A DNA stretch of 32,000 nucleotides. Origin: Nitrososphaera viennensis EN76 (GTDB lineage Archaea > Thermoproteota > Nitrososphaeria > Nitrososphaerales > Nitrososphaeraceae). Below are positions 30,746 to 32,000 of this stretch, one piece after another. Location of the stretch: the NCBI RefSeq assembly GCF_000698785.1, contig NZ_CP007536.1, positions 1,770,001 through 1,802,000 of the forward strand, in the 5' to 3' direction. Below the pieces are notes generated by a model, which was not told where the DNA came from, did no database searches, and saw only the letters and a program-made list of their open reading frames with translations. Each line of letters opens with the position of its first letter. The first letter of the stretch is position 1. Both the position numbers and the translations under genes were made by a program.

Positions 30746-31381
30746 TCACGCTAATACGTTGGTCTTGGTTTCTCTGTACTTTGCTCCAAGCTTCAGGTGA
30801 TACTCCTCGTCGAGCATTTCAAGCGCCGGCTCGAAAGCATAGATATTGTCCTTGCAAAACTTTACAGTATCGCCAAGAGGGTCTACCCGCAACGATCCGA
30901 CCTTTTCAGCCCTTATCCTTTCTTCCTCGGGATAGAGTATGAAGAACAGCCCGAACAGTGTCTCTCTCGGGTTCTCCCCGGACAGCACCGACTTCCAGCC
31001 CCTTTCTGCAAACATCTTTCTCCATTCTGACAGGTCGTCCTTTGCTACTCTAACGTGCACAGGATAGAACCCGAAGAACCTGTCGATGTTGTAACCGCCG
31101 CGGGTCCAGGCGTAGACGGCATCCACGTTTGTAAGCGCATATGGCAGTTTGGCCTTGCGGAGAAAATCGTATGCCTTGCCTGCATCGTATTTGGAAAATA
31201 CGTATTCGCTTGCGCTCCTGACCCTGTACCTTCCCGTGCTGACGCGCTCTATCATGCCCTTCTTGGCCATGTCGTGCAGCACTTTATTTGGATCGGGGCT
31301 GTAGAAGGTCCTGGCAAAGTCTCCACTGGAGAACTCTTTCCTCCAGTTGCCCAGCACGGTCCACAGCTCGCCATAAGACAT
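30746..31381 (-). CDS. AbiEi/COG5340-like wHTH protein, putative cognate antitoxin
   Basis: 211 aa. The N-terminus FSSGDFARTFYSPDPNKVLHDMAKKGMIERVSTGRYRV is the wHTH ending in the characteristic G.Y motif. A TATA-like ctatttaaag on the minus strand lies about 25-35 nt upstream. Confidence 0.5.
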   Translation of the reverse strand: MSYGELWTVLGNWRKEFSSGDFARTFYSPDPNKVLHDMAKKGMIERVSTGRYRVRSASEYVFSKYDAGKAYDFLRKAKLPYALTNVDAVYAWTRGGYNIDRFFGFYPVHVRVAKDDLSEWRKMFAERGWKSVLSGENPRETLFGLFFILYPEEERIRAEKVGSLRVDPLGDTVKFCKDNIYAFEPALEMLDEEYHLKLGAKYRETKTNVLA

Positions 31382-31651
31382 ATGGCTATTACTATGATGG
31401 TAAGTCTTTAAATAGATTGTGGATTACGGTGCTGTTACGTCTCCGATTGATCAGTCTGCCTGAATAGGCTGTTACAATTCGGTTGATGATTGCTGCAATT
31501 TTATAATGTGATACTCAGAGACCTGCTGCTTTCTGATCCCACCACTTCAAACAAAACAATTCTTCTTAGACCCAAGAAAGTTACGCCAAAAGATAGATTC
31601 AACCTATATAGAATAAAGTATAATAACACATCATCTGAGAATCTTACAGTT

Positions 31652-32000
31652 ATGCTTTCAATAACTCTACCCATGGAAGAGGAATTATGCAACAAATTCA
31701 TTAATTATGCGAGAACTAACAAACCTTTCAAGTACCAAAGTTTACGCGCCGAAGAGAAAAATCTGATAGTTGATCTTGATGAGACGCATGTAAGCACTAT
31801 AAACGAGTTTTTTGCATCATTAATTCATTTTGGTCGTCAAGAAGGAGTCAGTGCCAAAGAAGTTGACGAAATGATAGGCAAAGGCGACTATCAAGACATA
31901 GCCTTGGCTGCTGGCGGAAATCACTTCATCAATCAGTTTATACCAATAATGCTAAGCAAGCAAGAAGATTACAAGTGGATGACAGAACGGGCTCTTTGCA
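31652..32000 (+). CDS. hypothetical protein, N-terminal part (runs off window end)
   Basis: My own translation; the track omits it because there is no stop in the window. Sequence: MLSITLPMEEELCNKFINYARTNKPFKYQSLRAEEKNLIVDLDETHVSTINEFFASLIHFGRQEGVSAKEVDEMIGKGDYQDIALAAGGNHFINQF.... The frame is open to position 32000. The start is uncertain because the frame is also open upstream. Confidence 0.35.
   Translation, partial: MLSITLPMEEELCNKFINYARTNKPFKYQSLRAEEKNLIVDLDETHVSTINEFFASLIHFGRQEGVSAKEVDEMIGKGDYQDIALAAGGNHFINQFIPIMLSKQEDYKWMTERALC

Overview
The window looks like a chromosomal segment from a GC-rich archaeon. This rests on aIF6, an F420-type NADP reductase, short AT-rich TATA-bearing spacers placed about 25-35 nt before start codons, and receiver-only response regulators. 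By inference it resembles Nitrososphaera-type Nitrososphaerota (Thaumarchaeota). Positions 1-20.3 kb are mostly GC-rich core genes: a methyltransferase with an unusual N-terminal DCD/PUA-like domain, a Nudix hydrolase, aspartate kinase-ilvE, an aIF6-cinA operon, an F420-dependent reductase, pyrB and an O-methyltransferase. They also hold a compact metal-homeostasis locus: a Cys-rich membrane protein, two tandem NikR-like regulators and a split ZnuA | ZnuCB-type ABC importer, whose promoters carry a recurring GTTATTAA-type palindrome. A HicAB pair sits within this core part. From about 20.6 kb onward the sequence is visibly AT-richer and accessory. It holds MazEF, a gene-poor decayed stretch and an intact IS6-family insertion sequence with an 8-bp target duplication and a duplicated right end. 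It continues with VapBC, an HK-RR-RR-HK two-component block, a membrane-anchored metzincin, an AbiEi/AbiEii-like pair and an unknown gene running off the end. I found no rRNA, no CRISPR array and no tRNA I could fold. No coherent multi-gene system that is clearly new could be demonstrated from sequence alone. The best novelty candidates are the DCD-like reader domain fused to a methyltransferase, the NikR x2 / Cys-rich membrane protein / Znu locus with its shared operator-like palindromes, and the toxin-antitoxin/IS islet. All domain calls come from motif recognition by eye, not from searches.
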